Positions 6,852-16,600 of a stretch of 23,036 nucleotides of DNA are shown here, in pieces. Position numbers and translations under genes: made by a program. The stretch comes from Pedosphaera sp. (GTDB lineage Bacteria; Verrucomicrobiota; Verrucomicrobiia; Limisphaerales; SIBH01): the NCBI GenBank assembly GCA_031414955.1, contig JANOQV010000115.1, positions 1 to 23,036 on the forward strand, written 5' to 3'. Positions within the stretch are counted from its first letter, which is position 1. Each line of letters begins with the position of its first letter. The notes under the pieces are model-generated. The model was given only the letters and a program-made list of their open reading frames with translations, was not told the DNA's origin and searched no databases.

Positions 6852-9800
6852 TCACGGCTGGGTTTGCGCCTCACCACTGGCAGGCACGTCGATTTTCATC
6901 GCACCCGCCGGAAGTTCGGTCACGGTGGTTTTCCCGCCCGGCCAGCGCACAGCGAGTTGGCCGCCCGTAGCGGCCAGCACGGAGACGGGGGAATCCTGGG
7001 AAAGCCAGCCCGAGCCGGCGTGAATTTCACGGGCCGGGCCGAACCGCTGGCCGTCGCCCAGACGAATCACCGCCCCGATGCCGTCAGGGTTTCCCGGCCG
7101 TCCGGAGAGCCGCACGCGCAGACCAGGCTTCGCGGAGACATTGCGATACAGTTTCGTTTCCCCTCGGTGCTGGCCGAGGGCGAGATCAACCCGGCCATCC
7201 TGATCGAAGTCGGCCACCGCCGCGCCGCGCTGTTCTCCGTAGAGAGTGATGCCTGAGCGCTCGCCTGGGACCACGGCAAAGCCGCCGCGTCCATCGCCGG
7301 TCAGCAGCAAGCCCCGGCCCGCGTCGTGCCGCGAGACGCCGGAAGCGGTGCCGAAGAAATTCTGGGCGAGAAAGATGTCCTCGCGGCCATCGCCATCAAA
7401 ATCCGCCACGCAGACCCCGAAGGCGGGCGCAAACTGCGCCTCGTCGGGGAGCCGAACCACGGCGAAATGATCGCCGCGATTGAGCAGCACGGTGGTGGAA
7501 AGCCAGTTCGCCTCCAGCACCCTGGCCGTGGGCGCCCGCTCGCCGAGGATCTGTTCGACGGTGCTCTCGCTCCAGGATTTCCAGGTGGGAAAGCGCGGGC
7601 GCAGCCAGGGCATCCCGCGCAGCGCCGCGTCCAGAGGGATTAACGGCGCATAGCCCTGCATGGTCGGTTCGTAGTGCGCCTCGATCATCTCGACCCAGCC
7701 ATCGCCGTCGAAGTCGCCGTGGTAGAGCCGCAGCGGTCGGGCGCGAAATATTTCCCAGGCCGTGTTCTCGCCCCAGTTGCCGGCCACGAGATCCATGCGG
7801 CCGTCGCCATCGAAATCACCCGCCGTCACGCTGGTCCACCAGCCGGTTAATTGGTTGAGAGTTGAAGGTGGAGGGTGGAGAGCCGGACCTGAAATAAGCG
7901 GATTCCAGGTCGAGAAATTGCCGCGCTCATTTCGCAGCAGACGCAGCGGACCCCAGTCGCACGCGAGCACCAAGTCCGGATCGCCGTCGCCATCCAGATC
8001 ACTGAAGACCGCGCCGTTCACCAGCCCGATACCGGCGAAGGTTTTGGCGTTGGCCGCATCCGGGACAAAACCTCCGGCCCGCCCCTTGAACAACAGCGAC
8101 GAGGCCGGCTCAGGATAACGGCCCGGCACCACTCGTCCGCCGACGAACAGATCGAGCGCGCCATCGCCATCCACATCCGCCATCGCGAGCGGGCCGGTGC
8201 TGGAATCCTGGCTGGGAAACGCGTCGAGCACTCGTTGCGAAGAAAGATCGAACTGGCGGACGACGCTGCCGGAGCCAAGCCCGTCTTCGTAGTTCGAGGA
8301 GCCGGCCAGCAGCACCAGGTCATTCGAGGCGCGACGCCAGCCCAAGACCGCCGTCTGATCGCGGGCGACGTCCTGGTCGAAGGGCGCGCCGGTGCGTTTC
8401 TGGAAACCGCCCCGCTGATCATTTTGAAACACGGCCAGACGGGTGCCCTTTCCACTCGAGATGATCAAATCGTCCCAGTGGTCGCCGTTCAGATCCACCC
8501 AACTGAGGCCGGGACCGACCGGACAAAGTTTCTTCGTCAGCATTGGTTGGCGGAGAAAATCATCGAACGACTCCCGGGCGGACCGGGGCCCAAGCGCGGC
8601 GCTGAGATCCTGGAACATGGTCGGGGGGGTAAAAGTCTGTCGCCCAAGTTCGGTTGGTTCGTCGGATTGCTCGACAACGCAGAGGTGATTGGGCGGCACG
8701 TCCTCCACCACCGTTCGCTGGCCATCGCGCCAGACCACTTCGAGACGCAACCGGTTCGTCAGCGAGCCAGCGGCGAACACGCGCATCGCGTCATCGCAGG
8801 AGAGATAACGGCCGCCGCAGATCATTTCCTGCGACTGGACCACAGGCCCGCCGGTGATGGTGATCTTTGCGCCGATGCCGCGCGTGTTCGGCGCACGTCC
8901 CTTCAGACGCACGGCCACGCGTGGGGCTCCTGAATCATTGCGATACAAGGTCACGGGCGCGTTCAAGTTGCACACGATGACATCCTGATCACCGTCACCA
9001 TCCAAATCAGCGAGAGCCATGCCTTGCGAGACTTCGCGGGCGGCGAACCCCCATTCCGCCGACACGTCGGCGAAGCGGAGGTTGCCCAAGTTACGAAAGG
9101 CAACATTGGGCGGGGCCAGGCGCGGGAAAAGTTTACGCAAGCCAAGTTGATCGAGGTTGGAAAGTTTTCGGGCCGTCTTGTGTCCCTCGATTTCGCGCAG
9201 CACGTCCGCATTCATCCCGTCCCGTTCAAACCCGTTCGAGACCAGCAGGTCTTCATAGCCGTCCAGGTCGACATCCAGGAAGATGGGCGTCCAGGCCCAA
9301 TCCGCCGCCGGGAGGCCAGCGAACTGGGCGATCTCGGCAAAGGTCCCGTCGCCACGGGCGAGGTGCAGCGTGTTGCGCGGCGTTTGCCTGCGGATGTCTG
9401 CGTCAGGAAGACCAACTTGCTCCAGGCCATCGTCGGATCGCTGGGTCAGTCGCCGGCGGTGATCACGGCTCAACATGTCCACCACAAAGATGTCGAAGTG
9501 CCCATCCCGATTTAGATCCGCCACGTCGAGGCCCATGGAGGAATACGAAGTCTGGCGGAGGGCGGTGGAGGGAAGCGCCCTGAATCGGCCTCGTCCGTCA
9601 TTGATCCAGATTCGATCCGGCGACTTGAAGTCGTTGCACACATAGATGTCGGGAGTGCCGTCGCCGTTTAAGTCGCGCATCATTACCGACAACCCCCAGT
9701 CGAACGGCGGTTGACGCAAGGACCGACCAGTCTCGTCGAGAAAAGCACCGTTGGTGAAGGACAACGGAGTGAAGCGCCCTCGGCCGTCGTTGAGCAGCAG

Positions 9801-10595
9801 CAGATCCGGCTCGCCATTCTCATCCGAGACGAAAGTCGGTTGTCCGTTCTGTATTTGAGTCCTGAACTCAAAGCGCTGGGCCAAGTCCGGATCGGTGACA
9901 GGGCGACCATTGACCGAGGTCACTTCAGGGCGACCCTCGACCAGGCGGAGTTTGAACTGCGTGTTGGGCTGGTCGCGCAAGGTCACGGCACGGTAGTTGG
10001 CCAGATACAGATCGAGGGTACCGTTGCCATCGACATCCGCCAAAGCCATCGAGGTTGAGCCGCGTCCGCCGTTCAATACGCCGGAGGGCGAAACGGTGAA
10101 ATGCCCGCGCCCGTCGTTGAAGAAAACATGGGTGCCACCCGCCACTGAACTGACGATGAGATCCAAATCGCCATCCCCCTCCAAATCGGCGAGCGCCGTT
10201 CCGCTGGCATCGAGATTGGGACAAGCGACGCCCGCAGTCGCGGTCACATCTTCAAAGCGCCAGCCTCCCAGGTTGCGATACAGCACATTGCCGCCATCCA
10301 GGCCGCAGAAATAGAGATCCACCCGTCCATCACCATCCACGTCACCTGCCGCCACGCCAGAGCCGTTGAGCAGAATCTGGTTCGTGAGGTGGCGCTGCGC
10401 GGTCAGCCGGTTCTGAAAAGTGATGCCGGTAAAATTCGAGCCGACCGCAGTGAATCCGACCTTCCCCGCCGCCACTGGAAGCAGGGTGAAACTGCCGGGC
10501 GGGCGGACGGCGGCATTAGATGCGACCGCTGCAAGCAGCAGCAGAATGCAAATCGTTCCGGAGCGAGCCGCCGGTGGAGGCAGTTCGCCCAACAC
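6852..10595 (-). CDS. FG-GAP/VCBS-repeat + ASPIC/UnbV protein (CRTAC1-like), ~1250 aa; start codon uncertain
   Basis: More than a dozen Ca-binding D-x-D/N-G-D-G-x-x-D repeats (e.g. GDVDGDGRVDL, ADLDGDGDQDV, GDFDGDGRMDL). Two UnbV-like segments: 'VRLKGRAPNTRGIGAKI..GGRYLS' and 'VRLSGRPGNPDGIGAVI..GSGWLSQ'. The start is placed at GTG 10595 (or TTG 10592), downstream of the terminator and just before the hydrophobic stretch ICILLLLAAVASNA. Confidence 0.88.
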   Translation of the reverse strand: MLGELPPPAARSGTICILLLLAAVASNAAVRPPGSFTLLPVAAGKVGFTAVGSNFTGITFQNRLTAQRHLTNQILLNGSGVAAGDVDGDGRVDLYFCGLDGGNVLYRNLGGWRFEDVTATAGVACPNLDASGTALADLEGDGDLDLIVSSVAGGTHVFFNDGRGHFTVSPSGVLNGGRGSTSMALADVDGNGTLDLYLANYRAVTLRDQPNTQFKLRLVEGRPEVTSVNGRPVTDPDLAQRFEFRTQIQNGQPTFVSDENGEPDLLLLNDGRGRFTPLSFTNGAFLDETGRSLRQPPFDWGLSVMMRDLNGDGTPDIYVCNDFKSPDRIWINDGRGRFRALPSTALRQTSYSSMGLDVADLNRDGHFDIFVVDMLSRDHRRRLTQRSDDGLEQVGLPDADIRRQTPRNTLHLARGDGTFAEIAQFAGLPAADWAWTPIFLDVDLDGYEDLLVSNGFERDGMNADVLREIEGHKTARKLSNLDQLGLRKLFPRLAPPNVAFRNLGNLRFADVSAEWGFAAREVSQGMALADLDGDGDQDVIVCNLNAPVTLYRNDSGAPRVAVRLKGRAPNTRGIGAKITITGGPVVQSQEMICGGRYLSCDDAMRVFAAGSLTNRLRLEVVWRDGQRTVVEDVPPNHLCVVEQSDEPTELGRQTFTPPTMFQDLSAALGPRSARESFDDFLRQPMLTKKLCPVGPGLSWVDLNGDHWDDLIISSGKGTRLAVFQNDQRGGFQKRTGAPFDQDVARDQTAVLGWRRASNDLVLLAGSSNYEDGLGSGSVVRQFDLSSQRVLDAFPSQDSSTGPLAMADVDGDGALDLFVGGRVVPGRYPEPASSLLFKGRAGGFVPDAANAKTFAGIGLVNGAVFSDLDGDGDPDLVLACDWGPLRLLRNERGNFSTWNPLISGPALHPPPSTLNQLTGWWTSVTAGDFDGDGRMDLVAGNWGENTAWEIFRARPLRLYHGDFDGDGWVEMIEAHYEPTMQGYAPLIPLDAALRGMPWLRPRFPTWKSWSESTVEQILGERAPTARVLEANWLSTTVLLNRGDHFAVVRLPDEAQFAPAFGVCVADFDGDGREDIFLAQNFFGTASGVSRHDAGRGLLLTGDGRGGFAVVPGERSGITLYGEQRGAAVADFDQDGRVDLALGQHRGETKLYRNVSAKPGLRVRLSGRPGNPDGIGAVIRLGDGQRFGPAREIHAGSGWLSQDSPVSVLAATGGQLAVRWPGGKTTVTELPAGAMKIDVPASGEAQTQP

Positions 10596-10629
10596 GTTTC
10601 GATTTGCCTGACGATGGGGAGTCACTGGC

Positions 10630-10664
10630 AAAAAAAGAGACCGGGATTTGCATCCCGGTCTCTT
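10630..10664 (-). terminator. Rho-independent terminator of the giant gene
   Basis: Minus strand: AAGAGACCGGGAT-GCAA-ATCCCGGTCTCTT-TTTTT, i.e. a 13-bp perfect stem, a GNRA loop and a U-run, 17 nt after the TAA at 10684..10682. Confidence 0.92.
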
Positions 10665-10681
10665 GTGCATAAGGACTTCGG

Positions 10682-13600
10682 TTACGGCGTGCGCACCTTC
10701 CAGAACTTCTTGGGGCCGAGGCGCGTGTCGTAGATGAACGGATTGATCGGACTCGGGACATCGGTCCACGGACCCGCGACCTCATCCGCCCATTGCAGGA
10801 TGCCACCGCTCCAGGGGAAGGAGAACTGGCCGACCACCTGGGCCGTGGCGCTGACGGCACTGGCACCGGGGATGTAAACGATGACTCGGTAATCGGCCAC
10901 CAATCCCGGCGGCGGCACCGTGACGAAGGTGGGGCCGTTCTGGCCGATCAAGTTCTTCCAAACGCCGCCCAAGTTTTGCTGCCATTGATAGGCGACCTGA
11001 TTGTAGTCGCCATAGTCATTGGTGGCGGTGAAGCCGACGCTCAACGAAACGTTGAGCGGGCTGCTGCCCTGGCTGATGTCCACGCTGTCGATTTCCCAGT
11101 TCGGCGTCGCACCCTTGGTGTTGGAGTCATTGCCCGCGTAGAATTCGATGCGGATGGTGGTTCCAGCCGGATGGTAGCCCAGATCAGCCGTGCTGGTGAT
11201 CTTCGTGCCGATGCCATGCCCGGCCGAGGTCGCGGTCCAGGACGGCGATCCAATCGCCACCGCCGTGCCGTTGTAAGGATTCTGGGTGAAGGCACTGCCC
11301 GCCACCGTGTTGGTCGGACCACCATTAATGCTCACCCGGAGTTGGCCACCATCCCAAGCCGTGCCGTCGAACTCGAAGCTGTAGCGATGCGAGAACGACA
11401 CCACCACGTTGCCGGCCGCGGTCGTCGTCACCACCGGACTGGCCAGCTTGGAGACGTTGCCATGCCCGTTGTCCGGACCCTGGCCGTCTTCAATCCACGA
11501 CCCGCTGCCACCGCTGTAAGCCCAAGGCGCGTCGTAGCCCTGCGGCGTGCTGACCGTGAACCCACCGTCGCCGCTGTTGAAGTTCTCGGACAACAGCGGA
11601 ACCGGAGTGGCCGCCACCGGGAACAACTGACTGAGCGGCTGTTGAGTGATAGTGATAGAGGCACCCATCGGATCGGCCAGCGAGGATAGGAAGCCGCCAT
11701 TGATGGTCGAGAGCGTGTTCGGATCCTGCGGACTCGAGGTGCGCTTGACCGCCACCTGGCCGTAGTCGCCGCCGACACCTTCCTTGTAGAGCAGTTCCAT
11801 GTAGTAGCTCTGACCGGCCACGAGGCTGATCGAGGCGGAGGCATGGGCGGAGAAGGCGGTGCAGCAAGCCAGCTCCTCAGTCAGCGTCACCAGATTCGCC
11901 GGCGAACTGTCCGTGCTCAATTGCAGCCGTGAGGCGTCATCGCTGCGCAGATAGAACGTGTAGTTCGTGGTCTGTTGCGGCACGAAGTAACCCGAGAGAC
12001 GTGCGCCGTAGCCTTCACGAGCATCCGACGGATACGCGCGACGGGAATCGCCCCGGTCGATGTGCTGGGTGAAGTCCGGGCTATTCGGATAGCTCGGATG
12101 GCCGGTCAGGATGGAGACATCATTGCCGCCGCCCGTGTTGTAGGCCTCGAAGAGCAGGGAACCGAGGCCGACCGTCCAGGTGGTGACTTGGAAGTTGGTT
12201 CCACCGAGCGGGTTGCCCGCCAAATCCGTCAGGAAGGCGTTGCCTATGGTGACGTTGTACACCGTGCCCGGGTTCAACGCCGCCGTCGGAAGAGTCACCG
12301 TGCGGGCATCACCACTCAGGATGGGCGTGCCGAGCACAATGGGAGAGCCATTGGTATCGGTGACCTCGTAATTGCCAACCTCAACCGCCGGGCCACTCGC
12401 CATGGCCTCGTTGAAGGTGATCTTGATGGCATCCTGCGAACGCACGCCGCGCGCGCCCAAAGCGATGGGAACCACGGTGTCCGTAATTACGGATAGCGTG
12501 GCATTGGTGCTCGTGGTCTTCGCGCCGATGATGCTGGCCTGCACGCTGAAGACGGCTCCGTTGTCCAGCAAGGTCAGGTTGGGCGTGGTGTAGCTGGGAC
12601 CATTGGCACCGGGGATGTCGATGTTGTCACGACGCCATTGGTAGCAGATGGGCAGGTCGTTCGGACTGACGAACGTCGAGGTGAAGGTCACGGTGTTGTT
12701 CTCCGTGGTGGTCGTATCGACCGGTTGGAGGCCGAGGTTCAAAGCACCGCCAATACCGCCAGGCGCAGCTCCGGAACCCATCATGGTGCCCGGAATCGGG
12801 TCGGTAGCATCCGAGGTCGGGGCCGGCTGACCTTGGAGGCGGGCCGCCGTGAAGGCGTAATCGCCGCCCGTGCCTTCCTTGTAAACCATTTCCATGTAAT
12901 AGCCCTGACCTGCCACCAGTGTGATGGGCGCGGTCGGATGACCAGCGAAGGCGCCACAGCAGCCGGCTTCCTCCTGGACGATGACCTTGCCTGCGGCGCT
13001 GGGGCCGTTGGTGTTCATGTAGAGGATCGAGGAGTCATCGCTGCGGATGTAGAAGATCCAGTTGCCCGAGGTCGGCGGGATGAAGAGACCGCGCATCCGT
13101 GCGCCATAGCCTTCCACGCTGTCATTCGGGAACACCAGACGGCTGCTCATGCCGCTGATGTGGTAGATCGCGGTGGGGTTGTTCGGGAAGCGCGGATCAG
13201 CCAGCAAGGTGTTGCGGATGTTGTTGTCGCCAGTGCTCAGGCCGCTGAACAGACTGAACTCGACGCCGCCGCAGGGGCTGGCCACCCAGGAACTGACGTT
13301 GGTCACGACGCCGTAGTCGAAATCAACCAGGGACAAACCGACTGGATCGGTTGGATTTCCGACCAAGTCCAGTTGGAAGCCGATGTCGACGGTGTAAATC
13401 GTGCCTTCAAACATTGGACTAGCGAGGTTCAAGACCACGTTCGAACCGGCGTAGGCGGCATCAATGACCGTGATTTCGTTGTCCGAGGGATCCGTGATGC
13501 GGTAGCTGCTTTCTTCGGCCGCCGTCCCTTCGGTCATCAACTCACTCCACGTCAGGTAAATCTTGGTGAAGGTCTCATCCGTCCTAACGCTGACCAGATA

Positions 13601-16600
13601 GGGGCGGAAGATGTCTTCGCTGACGTGCTGGGTGGAGACAACGCTGAGCAGCGTCGCGCCCGGGGTGCGGGCCAAGCAACTGTAAACATCGCCTTCGTTG
13701 ACAACTTGCAGGGGCGGCGTGGTATGGCTTGGGCCCGTGGCTCCAGCCATGGCGACACCGTTGGAGTACCACTGATAGAGCAGCGGACGCACGGCACCGT
13801 CGAAGGATGTCACCGTGGCGGCGACGGTCAGGGTCGGTGATTGGTTCACGATCCGAGTGTACTCAGGCTGGAGGTCGGTCGTAATGACCAAACTAAGCGC
13901 ATCCGGGTTGGCATACACCGCTAGGTAATCCGCGGGAATAGGATTAATGCCATCGGCTGAAAGCGCCGCATAGTCGCCGCCGCCGCCTTCCTTCCAGAGC
14001 AACTGGTAGGCATAGCGATTGCCAGCGGTGAGCGGGAGCGCCGGTCCAGTGTTACGGAAAGTGCCCGAGCAGCAAGGCTGAGCACCAATGTCCTGCAAAT
14101 CTCCCGAGTTGTCAGTCAAAGCACCGCGGAGCAAGGCATCATCGTCATTGTTGATGCTGAATTGGTAATTCCCAGACACGGGCGGGATCATCAGACCGCT
14201 GATGCGACCACCATAGTTCCCGTGGGAATCGTCGGGATACGCATTGCGACTGTTCGGCGTAGTCATGTAGAAGCGTTCACGCGGGTAATGGGGATAGAGC
14301 GGATTGCTCAAGAGCATGGGGATAGTTGTCCCGCCACTGTCGCCGTACGTTTCCATCAAGGCGAAGCCAGGCGAAAACACCCAGCCGGAGAAGCTCACGG
14401 TGGAATTGGCCGCGACGGGGTTCGGAATACCTGCGCGATCCGCCACGTTGCTGAGGACGATGGTGTAGCGCTCACCCTGGGTCTGCGGTTCGGTGTGCAG
14501 CACCACGTTGGTGTTGTCGCGCAACAGAACACCGTAGAGATTCTGCGTCACGCCCGCGCTGTTGGTGATGGTGTAGTTTGCCAAGGTCGTGGCGCTGGAA
14601 ACCTGAACGGGTTCATTGAACACGATGGTGGCATTGGTGAAGGAATCACTGCCGCGCGCGCTCAGAATAGCTGGCGCAACCTCGTCGCTGATCACCGTGA
14701 GCGTGGCCACCGCGCTGATGGCGCTGCTGAACTCGTTGGCCACAATGGCAAACCACTGACTGCCATTGGCAGAGCGGTTGACCACGGGATTGTAAGTCTG
14801 GCTGGTCGCGCCGGGCACGGCGACAGTGTTGCTATACCACTGCACGGTGTAAGCCGGCGTGCCGTCGAGGCCGATGTAGAATTTGGCGGCGAACAGCTCG
14901 TTGACCGTCTGGTTGACCGGCTGCTCAGTGATGAGGATCGGTCCGAGGGTGTTGAAGAACGAGGTGGGCGGGCAGCCGATGGAATAGTTCGTGGCGAACA
15001 TGGAGCGCGGAATGGGCAACGTGCCGTTAACGATGGCCGGACCGCCGGGAAGGCGCACCGCCACGGAGACGTTATCACCACCGCCACCTTCCTGAGTGCG
15101 GGTCTCCATGTAATAGCTACGACCCGCCACCAGGGCAATGGGTGCGGTGACTGGAACCACCGTGCCGCCGCTGGTGATGTATTCGCGGTAGCCGTTCCAG
15201 GCCGGCTGCGACGCGATGAGCACCTTGTTCGCGGGCGAAGCGTCGGAACTCAGGAAGATCTGGCTGTTGTCATCCGCCGCCAGGGCAAACTGGTAATTGC
15301 CATTAGCCGGCGCAACGAACACGCCGTAAATCCAAGTGCCGTAGTTTTCGGTGTTGGGCAGAAGGAAGGTATTGCCTTCGGCGATCGTCCCGCGCGCGCT
15401 CGTGGTGTATTCCATGCGCTCGTTGATGGTGGACGAACTGAACGTGGGAGTGGCGCAGGCGGCGATGGCCGCGTTGAGCAAGCCCAGGCTGTTGGCGCCG
15501 TTGTAGATCTTCACGGTCAAGCCGGCGGCCGCATTGAGTCCCGCGCCATGCAGGAAGCTCTTGGAGGTCGGATTCGGGGCGAGGTTGATACTGGCGGTAT
15601 CCTGCACATTGGCCGCGGTGACGGTGTAGGTGTTGCCAAGAACAAAGGCCGGCGTGGTGGCCAACTGGATGAGGTTCGAGCTGGTTCCAACGTAACTGAC
15701 CGAGTTCACGCTGATGCCGCCGTCCAGAGTATAGTTGGCGGGATTCAGGGCTGAGGCACCCATGGCCACGGTGAAGGTGAGACGGACGCCATTCGGATTG
15801 AGGCGGCTGTCCGCGGAGAGCAACACCGGGGCGCTCGAAGGAACCAACTCGAAGCCGGCGATACCGGTGCCGTCGGGGTCGCCACGATTGACCATGGTGA
15901 CAGTGATTCGGCCAGCGGCGCCACTGTTCACACCATAGAACCGCACGTAGTTGCAGACGTCGCGGGGGCCGCCCGGGCTGGTGTTCACGCCAGGGATGAA
16001 GGTGCCGCCGAACTGATGCTGCGAGGTGATGTAGAAGGTCTGGCCGTTGCAGGAGAAGTCGCCGATGCGACCGTCGCCATTCACGTTGAGCAGGACAATC
16101 ACATCCCAGAGGCCGGGGCGCACGTCTTTGAAGGTATAGGTGTTCAGGCGGTTCGCGCCGTTGGCCTTGCTGATACCCTTCATCATCTGCTGATCGCCCG
16201 TGACGACGGGCGACTGGTCATTGTTCCAACTGTCGTTGGCATCATAGACCAGGGTGGTGGTGGTGGGCACGCCGTTGGAGGCATTGAGCGGCCCGGTCAC
16301 ACCGTTGAACACGCCGCTGTTGTCGATGTTGTTCCAGTTGGGCTGGGCCACCACGCCAGCGACGGTGGTCGGGGCGAGGGTGGAGCAGCCAGGGGCGCAA
16401 TCGCCACGGCCGGTAAAGCTGGCGGCGAGCTGAATGGCCGGCGAACCGGGCAGAAGCTGGAAGCCGGCGATGCCGACGCCGTCCGGATCGCCGCGGTTGA
16501 TGAAGCTCAGTAGGATCTGATTCGCGCCGTTGGCGGGCACGTTATAGAACCGGACGTAATTGCCGGTGTCGCGAGTAGCGGCCGCACTGCTGTTCGTGAT

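Noticed and set aside
6852..10595. Two RGD tripeptides (LARGDG, LNRGDH) in the FG-GAP protein
   Set aside because: They coincide with the ordinary N-x-G-D-G-x-F turn of FG-GAP blades, so they are expected from the repeat consensus.
10596..10769. N-terminal extension of the FG-GAP ORF as given in the track, overlapping the giant gene by 88 nt
   Set aside because: It crosses the giant gene's 3' end and the terminator hairpin, and it would bury the signal-like hydrophobic stretch ~70 residues in. A downstream GTG/TTG start is more plausible.
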